From: Tricharina praecox
Taxonomy: Eukaryota
Direction of reading: 5' to 3'
Assembly (NCBI RefSeq): GCF_024521635.1
Contig: NW_026250405.1
Coordinates: 1,612,001 to 1,676,000, forward strand
Length of the DNA: 64,000 nucleotides
The notes beneath the pieces are model-generated. The model was given only the letters and a program-made list of their open reading frames with translations, did no database searches and was not told where the DNA came from. Position numbers and translations under genes: made by a program. Below, piece by piece: positions 24,996 through 36,766 of the stretch (position 1 is the stretch's first letter; the number at the start of each line of letters is the position of its first letter).

Positions 24996-26054
24996 TGCCC
25001 TCCCACACCCCCTCTCTCGTTCTTCTGCCTGCAGAAACACCGGCAACTGCCTTTGCATTAGTGCGTGCAGTCCCTAGACCCAATCCACTACCCTGTCCTG
25101 GTCTTCCCCCCAGTCCGCTCACCTTCGCACCCTAGACACCCTCCACCAGAAACCCACCACCACCGCAGCATCATACATATCGCGGGTAACCCCCCCGAAC
25201 TGTACTACAGGAATTCTCCTGTTCAACAAACCTGCAACACACCACCATCACCACCACCACCTCCACCACCACTACAAACCGCACGAAAGAAGCACAGCCG
25301 GTGTTTGTTACCGCTCACACTCCACCCACCACCCACACTACTCTCCACTCGCAAAGCGGAGGCAATCAAGAATTAAGCACGCCAGAAAGCAACAGGGCTG
25401 GCTGTATATTATTGAAGGAAGAAGGGAGGACAAGAGTGGAAGGGAAGGATTCCATCGGTTTCGGACTGCGGAAAGCAAAAAGTACCTACATACTTTCTGG
25501 CACACCTCTCTCACCACATCTCATAATCCACCGTCATTCCCCTCCCCCTCGTCCGTTCGCTCGCTCGTTCGCCACTTGCACAACAACACCAACTCGGTCT
25601 CCTGTTCCTGTCGAACGACCCTCATTCCCTTACGAACCGTCCCGCTTCCGCTCTTTCGCCGAAAACCGTCCGACTCACCACCCCATCACCCCCCACACGA
25701 ACCGACAAGTCGGCCTGCTCGCATTCTGTACCGACTGTCGACTGCCACTGCCAGTCCCATTCCTGCACCACCCGGTATTTGCTCTTTGATGCTAGCTTCC
25801 GCTACAAAATCAACTCCAGCGCCTACCACCTTGTGAAAGAGAGAAACAACAACAAAAATTAAGAATTAAACAAAAAAGAGGAAAGAACGAAATAAAAGGA
25901 AGTCGAATTCGTGATTCGAAAACGGGAACCCGCACCTTCTGGGATATCAACCGAAACGAATTCGGAATCATCTAGTCACCGCACATAATAGTTGTTACCT
26001 GCACCGGTCATATCCACTTTGCCGTCTTTCCCACCCTTCCGTTCGAAAAGCCAT

Positions 26055-26152
26055 GTGAGTACCCGTGCGAAACGCCATGCACTCTTGCAGGTGTCGCAGG
26101 CAGTGATGTTCTGGCGCTTGTTTTCTGCTCTTTGGCACTGACGTTGTTCTAG
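26055..26152 (+). other. Putative 5'-UTR intron of the RGS gene
   Basis: GTGAGT donor, pyrimidine tract, ACTGAC branch site and TTCTAG acceptor; 98 nt long, ending 336 nt upstream of the ATG. Confidence 0.65.
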
Positions 26153-26488
26153 TTCTCGTCGGAGAATATTAAATTACTTCTAGAGAATTTCCGCATTTCT
26201 TGCAAAAGTCGGCCGATCCCCACAGTTTGCCGATCCCTACCAATCACGTTGACCAAGTGCTGGCCAACGCCAGACCGATCTGCATCCTCCTACTCCCTCA
26301 CCACCAACGACTTAGCTTCACACACACCCACACCCCCCAACCACACCAATCCTGGATCATTTCTGCTTTTTTCTAAGGCCGTGAGAAGGGGATATCTCGT
26401 TTATAACGAACCCCACCCCCCCTACCTACACACCCCATCCCGGTGGTTAATACCCATCAACAACAAAAAAACTCAATAGCATCCAACC

Positions 26489-27607
26489 ATGACAGGACGT
26501 TCCAGATCACGAAGGCCTCCTTCGCTCGACTTGTCGATGTCGTCCCGCGGTTCGTCGCGGTCGGGATCACCTGAACCAGAGAGTGACGACGAGACCTCAC
26601 AGCAGGAGTCTTGCTGCGAAACCATCGACGACCGACCACGGGAAGGCGAACGGATATTCCCATCCGGTCCCTACTGCTTCAAGCAACCCACCCTCGCCGA
26701 CGTACTATCCGACAAAGCACCTCCACCATACTCACTGACGGCATTCATGGCATACCTATCGCAGAACCACTGCCTCGAGACCCTCGAGTTCACCATGGAC
26801 GCCAGCCGGTACCGCAAGCACTACAGCTCGATCGCCTGCCCCAAAGACCGCCAGTCCGCGCCGAGTCAGAAGGATTGCGCCACCGTCCGAAAGCTGTGGC
26901 AGAGGCTCCTGGACGCCTACGTCGTTCCCAATGCGCCCCGCGAGGTCAACCTTCCTTGCAACATTCGCGACCAGATCCTCTCCGTCCCGAACCACCGAAC
27001 ACCACCACCACCAGAAGCACTCGAACCAGCAGTCAAGATCGTTCATGAACTGATGCAGGAGAGCGTGCTTGTTCCATTCCTCAGCGACTGTCAGCAGCAC
27101 CACAACACCTTCGTCTCCGAGTCGAGTTGCCCTACTTCTTGGGGAGGTAACGCGTCGGACGAGAGCCTTTACATGCGCGGCTCCCTGGACGACAGGATGC
27201 TCCGATGCCGTCGCGACAACTCGCCGCCGAGCCCCGTCGACTGCATGTCCAACTCGTACCCGACCATCGCTCCTCCTCGCATCCCACGTACTACCTCGCC
27301 GTTCTCGGCCGCATTGGGCTGGCATCACCATAGCCGCCAGTCATCGAGTCATCAGCCGACAAGCAGCTGGGCTAGTAACGCCAGCGGGGACAGCATGACG
27401 ATGATTGAGGATTCCGGCTCCAGCACTACCAGCTGGGGTAGCCCCATGACACCGCCAACCACGCCGCCTGCTAGCGAGATGACCCGAGGCCATTCACCCA
27501 GGAGCTCCGTCGACAAGGCCGAGAAGGGCTGGAAGCGGGTGACTGGAGGGTTGGGCAGGGGACTCGGATGGGGAAGGAAGAAGCCCGAGCACGGAAGCTA
27601 CTGGTAA
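26489..27607 (+). CDS. rgsA: Regulator of G-protein signalling, RgsA-like (372 aa)
   Basis: PTLADVLSDKAPPPYSLTAFMAYLSQNHCLETLEF...LWQRLLDAYVVPNAPREVNLP...ELMQESVLVPFL is the RGS box of the Aspergillus RgsA-type family. C-terminal PMTPPTTPP motif; good start context (CAACCATG). Confidence 0.92.
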   Translation: MTGRSRSRRPPSLDLSMSSRGSSRSGSPEPESDDETSQQESCCETIDDRPREGERIFPSGPYCFKQPTLADVLSDKAPPPYSLTAFMAYLSQNHCLETLEFTMDASRYRKHYSSIACPKDRQSAPSQKDCATVRKLWQRLLDAYVVPNAPREVNLPCNIRDQILSVPNHRTPPPPEALEPAVKIVHELMQESVLVPFLSDCQQHHNTFVSESSCPTSWGGNASDESLYMRGSLDDRMLRCRRDNSPPSPVDCMSNSYPTIAPPRIPRTTSPFSAALGWHHHSRQSSSHQPTSSWASNASGDSMTMIEDSGSSTTSWGSPMTPPTTPPASEMTRGHSPRSSVDKAEKGWKRVTGGLGRGLGWGRKKPEHGSYW

Positions 27608-29081
27608 ATCATCATCACTATCAACGCCATTACGATCACGATACGAAACATCTTCGAGATTCGGAGTATATATATTTCGACATCAATCCGAATCTCTGTA
27701 CTACTATTACCGAACCCAACATTGTTATTTCCTTGTGACCTCTCTGGGGGAGTTATCAGGACTTTTTTTGCATTTTCATTGGGGATACTGTCCTCTCTTT
27801 CCTTCTCTTTTTTCCTATGTTTCTTCCTGGGGAAGGCTCGTTTGCAGCTTTTGTCTTTTTTTCGGTTTTGTTCGATTCGATTCAATGTCTATGTTTATTC
27901 TCTGGGGGAGTTGGGCACTTTTCAGGGCTCTCTCCCTTATTACCATCTTGTCTCTTTTCTTTTTATTTTCCACTTTGTATGCATCTGTTTGGCGTACTTT
28001 ATCTTTTTTTTGTTTTTTGTATGTGGTCTGCGTGATCGCTTGCTTGCTTGCTTCCTTTCCTTCCAGGCGTACTGGGATCGGAGTTTTGGATATCCTACTT
28101 TTTGTTTGTTTTGTGTTTTTTGTCTGGTGTTCAAAGTCGCGAGTCTATGTTTCTAGGGTGTGGGCGGACTGCGACGGTATATTTTTTTGACAGCAAAACG
28201 GGCTTACTATTTGGGGGATGGAATAGGGAATAGGGAAATGGATATGGATGTGTACTACTTTACTTTTCTTCTACTTCTTCTACTCTTTCTACATTGAAGA
28301 TATAGACTTCTAGGGAATCTGGACGGATATGGATTGGATTTGATTGGGTGGGGATCGGATTGGACTGGATATGGATTGGATGGGGGACTAGCTGGGGGAT
28401 GATGGGCATGGGGCATGGGAGGATGGGTTGGGAAAGGATGGGGAATCGGCGTGTGCATTAGGAATTTATTGGCTTCAAGCTATATAACACTTCACTTCAC
28501 TTCACTTCACTTCGCTTCACTTCGCTTCACTTCACTTCGTTGCTCTCTGTCTCTTTTGTGTTTGATCATTACTCTCCGTGCTGTTTTGAGTTTACGGGAC
28601 TGTGATAGCTGCCATTTCTTGTGGCCTCCGACTCGATGAGGGTGCGATGAGAAATGGAATGCCTACGGAACCTTCTGCTGGTGCTGGTGCTGGTGCTGCT
28701 AGAACATTTTTTTGCCTGTGCTGCTTGTGCTGCTGTTGGAGGATGCTGTTGGAGGACAGTAATGGGGGGATCCGTCCGATAGTGACTGACAGTGACAGTG
28801 ACTGTGGTGGCCAGCGGGAAGTCCGTCAACTCGGATCGGGCAGTATCAATGTATCATACCGTACGTAAGTACACGGCGCCACAAAACCCGTCCGCCGTCC
28901 GACACTGCACTCCGCCGCCACGCTCGCTGTTCGTAGTTCGCAGTTCGAGTCGAGCACGGCCGCGTTGGAATTTGGAAGTAGTACTTACATCATAGGTACC
29001 GTATCAGGCTTCAAGCACGGCCAGAAGATCCGGTACGTACACATGTGGCTTGACCTCCGAGCTCTAGTTAACCTCCGGCTT

Positions 29082-29897
29082 CAACCTCCGAGCCTTGACC
29101 CCCGACCCCCGAGCCACGACCCCCGAGCACACGAGGAACCGGGGCGAGCGAGAGGCAGAGACACCGGAGCGAGCGGGCGGGCGTGGGGCAGAGACATTAG
29201 GTAGGTAGAGACATAGGCAGAGACATAGGCGGAGAGAGGGTAGAGAGGGCACGGACAGTTCTGCACGGGAACGGGATGTGGACGGCCTTCCACGGGAACG
29301 GAATGTGGACTGTACTATAGACTGTAGACCGTGGAGCCTGGAGTCTCGAGGCTTGATTGATTGATTGATCGGTTGATTGCCATTTCCTACAGCTAGCATG
29401 GACATTGGAACCCCAGGTTATGTCCGGTAGAGGTACCTAAAGCATTTGACAAAGCAACTCCACCAAACCCCCCGCAAAACAGAAATGACAGTCCAAATGT
29501 ACTAGGTACTTAGGTAGGTAGTATGTAGCCCTCTTCTTCTCCAAAAGGTGTGTACTTACTTACCTCTACTCGGTACGTACTATGGGGTAGGTACCCTCAA
29601 TATATCTAACCAGTAAGTAAGTAAGCACGGCAAGATGATCCAGTAGGAACCTAAGCAGCTTGCTGCTTGACTTACTTCGCCCTTCGCCCCGACCTCCAAC
29701 CTCCAACCTCCAACCTCCAACCTCCAACCTCCAACCTCCAACCTCCAACCTCCAACCTCCAACCTCCGAGCCCTCTCGGAACCGTCGTCACCGGAGCGAG
29801 CGAGCGTGCGACAGGCAGAGACACAGGCAGAGACACAGGGCAGAGAGAGAGGGCACGGACATACTCTACAGTCCTGCACGGAAACGGGATGTGGAGG
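29082..29897. repeat. Local direct duplication (~29082-29284 and ~29760-29897) with an (ACCTCCA)10 microsatellite at 29692-29767
   Basis: Shared CAACCTCCGAGCC, CACCGGAGCGAGCG, GGCAGAGACA, GAGAGGGCACGGACA and CTGCACGG(G/A)AACGGGATGTGGA blocks. Confidence 0.8.
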
Positions 29898-32800
29898 AGG
29901 CTTGAGTCAAGCTTTTTCCTTTCCTTCCTTCCTTCTTCCTCTTTATTTTATTTATGGTGCCGTTGTTTTAACCTTGCTCGGCTGGCCACCCACTGGCCAC
30001 TGGCGGAGGATGTTTGAACTTTGTGGTATCTATGGAACAACTGCTGGATGGTAACTGCTGGATGGTACTCTATGTATCATAACTACTGGGTGCTTCTGGG
30101 TGCTGCTGTATGCTTCTGGTTGCTGGTGGCGGGTTGCAAGTGATGGCCCATCATCCATGGCCCATCATCCATGGGGGTTAACTATGTATCTACCTGGTAG
30201 GGACGGGTGTTTCAGCGTTTCAGCGTTCAGCTCCTGGAACTGCCATGATCGAGAATCTCGATGCTGGGCTTGGACGGCAGGCAGGCCTTACGTGCATATC
30301 TATGGGAGATACTCTGCGTTCCGCCCGAGGGGAAGCGATCGTACCCTCCCTCCCCCAGCTGCAGTAAAAAGCAGTAAAACGCAGTATGTACAAAATAAGT
30401 AAAAAGCAATGTTTTCAGCTGGTTGGTTGGTTGGTTGGTTGGTTCACTGGTTGGCAGGACAGGCGGGTTGATTGGTCAGGTTTCATCCGCCTTTTTGTTG
30501 GAGAGCTGGAGAAGCGGGGAAAGGTATAGGTACCTAATGTATACCTAATGTCTGCAGCGGATTCCGAGGGAGTTCTAGTTAGAGTACTTACGGCTCCGTG
30601 GAGAAGTTGGCTGTGGCTCTACTAGAGTAGGTATAGGGATTGGAGGAGGGGAGGCTACGGCTGCGGCTGTCATCGTGGGAGTGGGAGTGGGAGTGGGAGT
30701 GGGAGTGGGGATTGTCTGTGGTCTGCAGCCTGCCTGATGCCTACCATAGGTGGTGATGACTGCTACTAGTATTCTCGAGTGGGTGGGTGGGTGAGTGAGT
30801 GAGCGAGTGTTTCCTTCGCGTTTCCATCCCATCCCATCCCATCCATCCCGGGTTTCCAAATTCCACCTACTCGTGGTGGTGGTGGTGGTGGTGGTGGTTC
30901 GAACCCACCCATTCGAACCAAGTTTCGGACGCGGCACGGTAGGTTACGGATACAGGTTTGAGTTTGGGTAGGTCAGACCGAAGGTGAGAAAGTTTGGGTC
31001 GACTGCTCTTGGCTCTTTGCTTTTGCTTTGTTTTTTTGCTTTTGCGTTGCTTTTGGTTATTGCGTTGCTTGTTGGCTGATGGTTTTTTGGCTGATGATCG
31101 GCCTACCTGCCTACATACCGGTCGGAGCGTGAGTGTGAGTGGTTGAATGGCGGCGGTCCGGTTGGGTTTTGGATTTCTTACATACCTACGGGAGGTGTTA
31201 CTGCGGGGAAGGTAGAGAAGAGCTGGTGTGGTGGTGGTGAGGAAAGGAAAAGGAGTCATGGTTGCACTCTCGCAGTCGTCTTGGGTAGGGACGAAAGGCG
31301 AGTACGGTACTACGGTACTCTACTACAGTCTCTCACATGTCCCTGTCCCACCCCTTCTTACTCCTCCTCCTCCTACTCCGCCACCTCCGAGTCCGCGTGG
31401 TGACAAGAGAATAACAATCTACCTGAGTTGCAACATTGGGGGCCGCCGCATAAACCCACCACAGTCTTCACCGGCCAGCCGGCGGATCGCTACTATACTG
31501 TGCTCTAGATACCTAGGGAGATATATCTCACCTCACCTCAGCCAACCAGCCTGTTGGGGGACGTGCATACGAGATCGTCCATGCACCGTATGCGGGTAAG
31601 CTCTGAGAGCGAGCGTTGCACGACCACGGACGGCGCTTGTTCCCCGTACGCTAGAGCCTAGAGTACCGTACTCATCGAGGGGGATGAGCGATGGGTCAAT
31701 ACCTTAGACTACCGATGTCACGCCGCGGAGATCGGTGATGACCCACGGTCCACGGAGGCTGCAACGACGACGACGACGACGACCACCACCACCATCACCA
31801 CCAAGATGACACAAGGCGCGGATGACTGTACGACGGATGTTGGTTCCCTCAGGCGCCAAATTCTCTATTCCTTTCAACATCCAGATGGCAGATCGTAAGG
31901 CTGGCACCTGCCTGCGCCTTCCATGGCCCCGTGCGCTGCGGAAGAGCCGCGCATGTATTCAGGCCTTCCAGGTCTACTCTACATATCGGCAGTCAGCGGG
32001 TGAGGCGAGAGACGGGGTTCTCGACGACAGACAGACAGACCAGGTTGAAGCTGCAGCCTGGAACATTTATTTCTTTCTTTCAGATCGAGGCGTGTCGAAA
32101 ATCACCGAACGATGTGGATTTCCTGGCACCGGGCATCGGCATCCCCGGCTCGAGATCAGATGAGAGATGGGAGATGGGGTGTTTGTGTATGTCTGCTCGT
32201 ATCGCGACTCGCGAGGCGGGCATCGCGAGGCTGGCAGCACAGCACAGACTGCCGACTCTCGCGAGAGAGAGGGAGGCTCCACTTACCTAAGGCACTGGGC
32301 CCCCTGCCTCTAGGCACCTCCGCGGGCGTTATGTAAATTGTTGAGAGAGTGTGAGAGATCACTAGTCATAGCTAACTGACGCTTCAGATCTCACCAGTGA
32401 GTCCTCCAAGTCCTCCATCCTCGCAACTCATGCCACTGCCCATGCCACTGCCCTTCCCCCAATCTTCCAGAGTCGTTTCCACTGCACTACTACCGGTACC
32501 TAGTGTATCTACATGTCTCATCGACTCGACGGTCGGCGAGGTGGCTTCCTTCCTCCAGGCCCTGTCCCTGTCCGTGGCGGCCGGATGTACATACACACGA
32601 TCGGGGTACCGATGTGGAGGGATGCTGGGGCCCTGTCTCTACTAGTCTGTACATGGCCGGATGTGAGAATGAGATCGGCGTGCCGAAGTGGAGGGATGGT
32701 GGGCGGTCGGTCGGTCAGTCGGGCGGTCGGTTGGCCCCCAATGATGGATATGTAGTATGATATGATATGTGTGATCGTTGGGCCCCACGCCGCAAGGCTA

Positions 32801-34097
32801 GGTTGCGATGTGACTGTGATGCCTACTAGTATGTAGAGTAGGCGGATCAGAGTTTGTTGGAGGGAGCAGGAACAGGCGGGCCTAAAGCGATGCTCGATGA
32901 GATCGCTCTGGGGTGGGGGCGGGCCTAGCAGGAGGGGAAGGATGAGGCGGAGGCGGAGGCGGAGGAGGATGATGAGGAGGAGGAGGTAAGAGGCACCGTG
33001 CCCTGCATGGCCGCCGGTGATGGCTGATTGGTGGGTGCGGTATGCACTATACACAGGACTACCGGTATGTACGTGCTAGGTGTGAACACTGAACACTGAA
33101 CAGTGAAGGTTCAAAGAAGGAAAGAAGGTTCTCGCACGAGAGTGTTATTCAACCTGCCGCGAGGAGTACACACCTGCCAGGTATGTACCCATGGTGCTCT
33201 AGAATATACGGAGATCAACCTACGTCTAGTGTCCACATCTCTTCGCCTCCCAGCATCATCACCATCCCCATCCGCATGTCTCTGACCACCAACAACCCAA
33301 ACAGCCCCACGGCCGGCGGTGAAAGAAAAACGGACATACCTACCTACATCTAGCACCGTCTCATCCAACTCGAATCTGACCATACCATGATACCAGTATG
33401 TACGGCAGCTGAAGGACGAGCTCAATGCGGTGTAACGTATTCACCGAAACGCTCAAGATTTAAAAACAGTGTTCCAACTTTTGGCGGTCGTTCTGCAGCG
33501 CCGCCCCGCAGCTCTCTAGATACTAGGTGGTACCCACTTCGGCCCCGATACTCGCATCCGCCGTGCCATCATGACATGCATGCATCCACCGCGTCCCGGG
33601 AACGCTAAAGACCGATCCATCATCTCGAGATTGCGGCCGAGGAGTTGCAGGGAAAAAAAGCCACAGTCGGGCTCGGACTCGGACTCGGACTCTGGCGAGG
33701 TGCTGCCGACGCTGATGACTCTTGTGGCTCTGGAGGCGCCGATGGTGCGATATTCTGTGCCGCGGGATGGATATGCAGGCCCGAAGCAAAGTCAGCTCAC
33801 ATACCTACATACCTACGCGCCACAGGAAGAAGATGACAACTCTTCAGCTGGCATTGGATGGATGAAACACACACTGCAGGCTGCGATTATGTTTTTCGCA
33901 CTGGTTGCAGTCTGCAATCCGCAAATATGTACCTGGTCGAGTTTCTCGTTTACCTAGATGATTGAGCCGCCGTGTACGTACCGGCGACTGATAGCACACG
34001 AGCAAGCACACGAGCAGTTGTTACATACATCTATGATTTCTCAATGTGTCAAGATCATCTTGCTTTCCTTACATATTTACGATAGCAATTTCATTTA

Positions 34098-34141
34098 GAT
34101 GTGTTGATGTGTTGATGTGTTGATGTGTTGATGTGTTGATG
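34098..34141 (+). repeat. (GATGTGTT)5 microsatellite
   Basis: Read directly. Confidence 0.9.
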
Positions 34142-36079
34142 GGATTCGGAGTCATCTTCGCAGGTACCTACCTACATATGCACAATGCACATATGGACAA
34201 TGCGTGGTTGAAACTTGAAACTTGAAACGCGATGACTGTGTTCTCGCACGAAAGCTGAGCCAGAGTTCCTCGGACCCAGAAGTTACACACACACATACGT
34301 CCAGACTCCAGGCTTCAGAGGATGGCGGTGAAAGAAGTAACCATCATTGTGGCACAGCATGTGCTGAGTGCTCACGCCGTGAGGGTAATCTTTGCCATGT
34401 ACTTACATACAAACGATGCAGGGTATGTATAAAGTAAAGTGGAAGATGCCCGAGGGCAGGATCGCCGGCACAGTCTCTCCATCATCGAATGCCTGCTTAT
34501 CTCCATCAGCACGACCCCGGAATAGAGCACATATGTATCTAAATAGCTTTCCCTGAGCCTGAGTGATATCGATGCGTGGGCGTGCCGCGTGAACGTGGTC
34601 CGAGCGTAATCATTCCGCATGATGTATCATGTATCTGAGTACACATGTACGGGAAAGAAGGCGAGTCGTCTTCGTTGTGGGAGGAGGATGAGGAGGAGGA
34701 AGATAAATACCCCTCGTGATACTTTAGTTATTGGCCGCGTGAGTTGAGGATCCAATTACAGTCCCCCCCGCGCCGGCGAGAAGTTGTTGCACCGCATATT
34801 CGCTAGGAGCACACATAAGCCTTGGAGTGTCTGTCCAGTCCAAGAGTACACGACGGCATCCATCATCTGAGTTAGTACTCTGCTCTACTCTAAATTCTCT
34901 AGATAGCAGAGCCTGCTTCTGCAGTAGCCAGTGAAGATGCCCAGAGCCCAGCGGGCTTGGCTGTCGAGTGATGATCCACGTACCCCCGGGGGTCGTTGAG
35001 CCAGCATGGCAGCACCGCCGGAACCGGAACCGGAATTCGAATTTGAATAGGAACTGGCCAGCACCTCCGAGGAGTCGAGGACGATCGGTGGCCCCTGTAT
35101 GGACTAATTGCCGTAGATATGATACCGGATCGGCATGTGAAGGGTGAAGCAACTCGTCGGCAGGGTCTCGCCCGGAAACGACGGTGGCGAAGGATACCAT
35201 ATATCGTATGCAGGTAGCACGTTATCTTCAACTTGTGACCCCGAAACATGTGCTCCTGGTGGTCTGTTTGGAGGCTCAGTTTCAGGGCCGAAGCAAAAAT
35301 GAAAAAAGCAGAATGGAGTGTGCGGTGCGATACACACTGTGTCTCGGTGTGCGGGGAAGCTGCACACAATCCTCGGTCGGAAACCAGCCGTACCGTTTCC
35401 AACGGTATGTACTGATCATAATTAGAGTATTGGCCCGTGCCCCTGGCTACCCTATCTATGAGCGGCTCGGGGGGCGGGGGGAGCCCAATAACTAACCGTC
35501 TTCCCTCCACAGTCAGCGCTCAGCGATTACGGTTCCACGAATAAACACGGATACCCAGTCGAAAGTCGAAACAAGCTCCACGAAGCGCATCACCAGTATC
35601 TACCAGTGTACCACCACCACCACCGCCGTCCGCTCCACTCCGGAAGCGGCAGTAATGCCCAGCCCAGCCCAGGCGGCGTTGGGCAGGGCAGGGTAGGGTC
35701 TCGGGGGTGTCGCACAGTCGCACGACGTTTCCACATTCCACAGTCCACAGTCCAGTCCGAAAGCGCAGCTGGTGTGTGCGTGCCACGGTGACGGCCCGGG
35801 GAAAAATCATGATTCCGCCCCGCCCCGCCCCGAACTTCACCATCATAATTCATGTCACATCCCCACGGAATGATGGAACCGGGGTATCAATATCTCTGGT
35901 TTCTGGTTTTGCTCCAGCACCAGCGTCAGCCCCCTGCATATCGGTGATTACATCTGCTCTGCGGTAATCTATCCCCCCTCCACCCCACCCCCAAAGGTGA
36001 GCAGCCCCCCCCCCCCAAGGAGGTGTGCTCGTTGCCTGCCTTGGTCTTGATCTTGTCACAGGCGCTGACTGACATTGCT

Positions 36080-36766
36080 CATATGGTTGGGGACATCTAG
36101 TGCCGGAGTAAGTGGACATTCGGATCGGGGGAATTAAATCCAAATGCGGTAATACATTAGCATTTATTAAAATTAAAAAAGTTCCAGGCGTCCGCAGCCA
36201 AATGGCCCCGCCGGGAACGAAAATCACAATATCACGGCCAGTTCTTGCCTGTTTTCCAAGGCGCAGATATACAAAGCTCATCGACAGGTTAGTGATAAGT
36301 CAAAATTGTAGTAAATTTGTTGGTAATTATTTCCATTTATTATGTGCATAATCTTCTTCATCAGGGCAATTAGCCACCATTTGCTTGCCAAGACTTCTTA
36401 ATCGGGAACTCAGCCGTGCCAAAACTGGGCTGTGGCAGCCTTGCCCCTGGACATTCCCGGGGCCTCCCATACTAAATCATGTTTCGTCTATTTATTTTGG
36501 ATTTTGGTTGCCACCCAACCACACCCTTTAAAAAAAAAAGGGCGCTGTGTAAATTATCTCCTGCCTCTTCTCTATCGCCGTACTCAGGTGCGAGAGAAAG
36601 CCGTGCACCACCACCACTACCAAATGGTGCTTGATTGGGTGCACCACTTGCCCCTACACCCGAGTACAGAGCTCTTTTTTAAAATTAGGTGGTTGTTGTT
36701 GTCAACTAACCGAACGTCAAAAGTGGGAGTGAAAACACTCCGGATCTAGACGTCCCCAACCATATG
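36080..36766. mobile_element. Non-autonomous DNA transposon (MITE) with 30-bp terminal inverted repeats
   Basis: Left CATATGGTTGGGGACATCTAGTGCCGGAGT (36080-36109) versus reverse complement of the right end CATATGGTTGGGGACGTCTAGATCCGGAGT (36737-36766): 27/30 identical. Interior is more AT-rich and has no transposase ORF. Confidence 0.8.

Noticed and set aside
16420..26400. Many 60-250-aa ORFs (poly-V, poly-H, LHT, WRLEVGG-type repeats)
   Set aside because: Translations of microsatellites and low-complexity DNA, with no domain or splice support.
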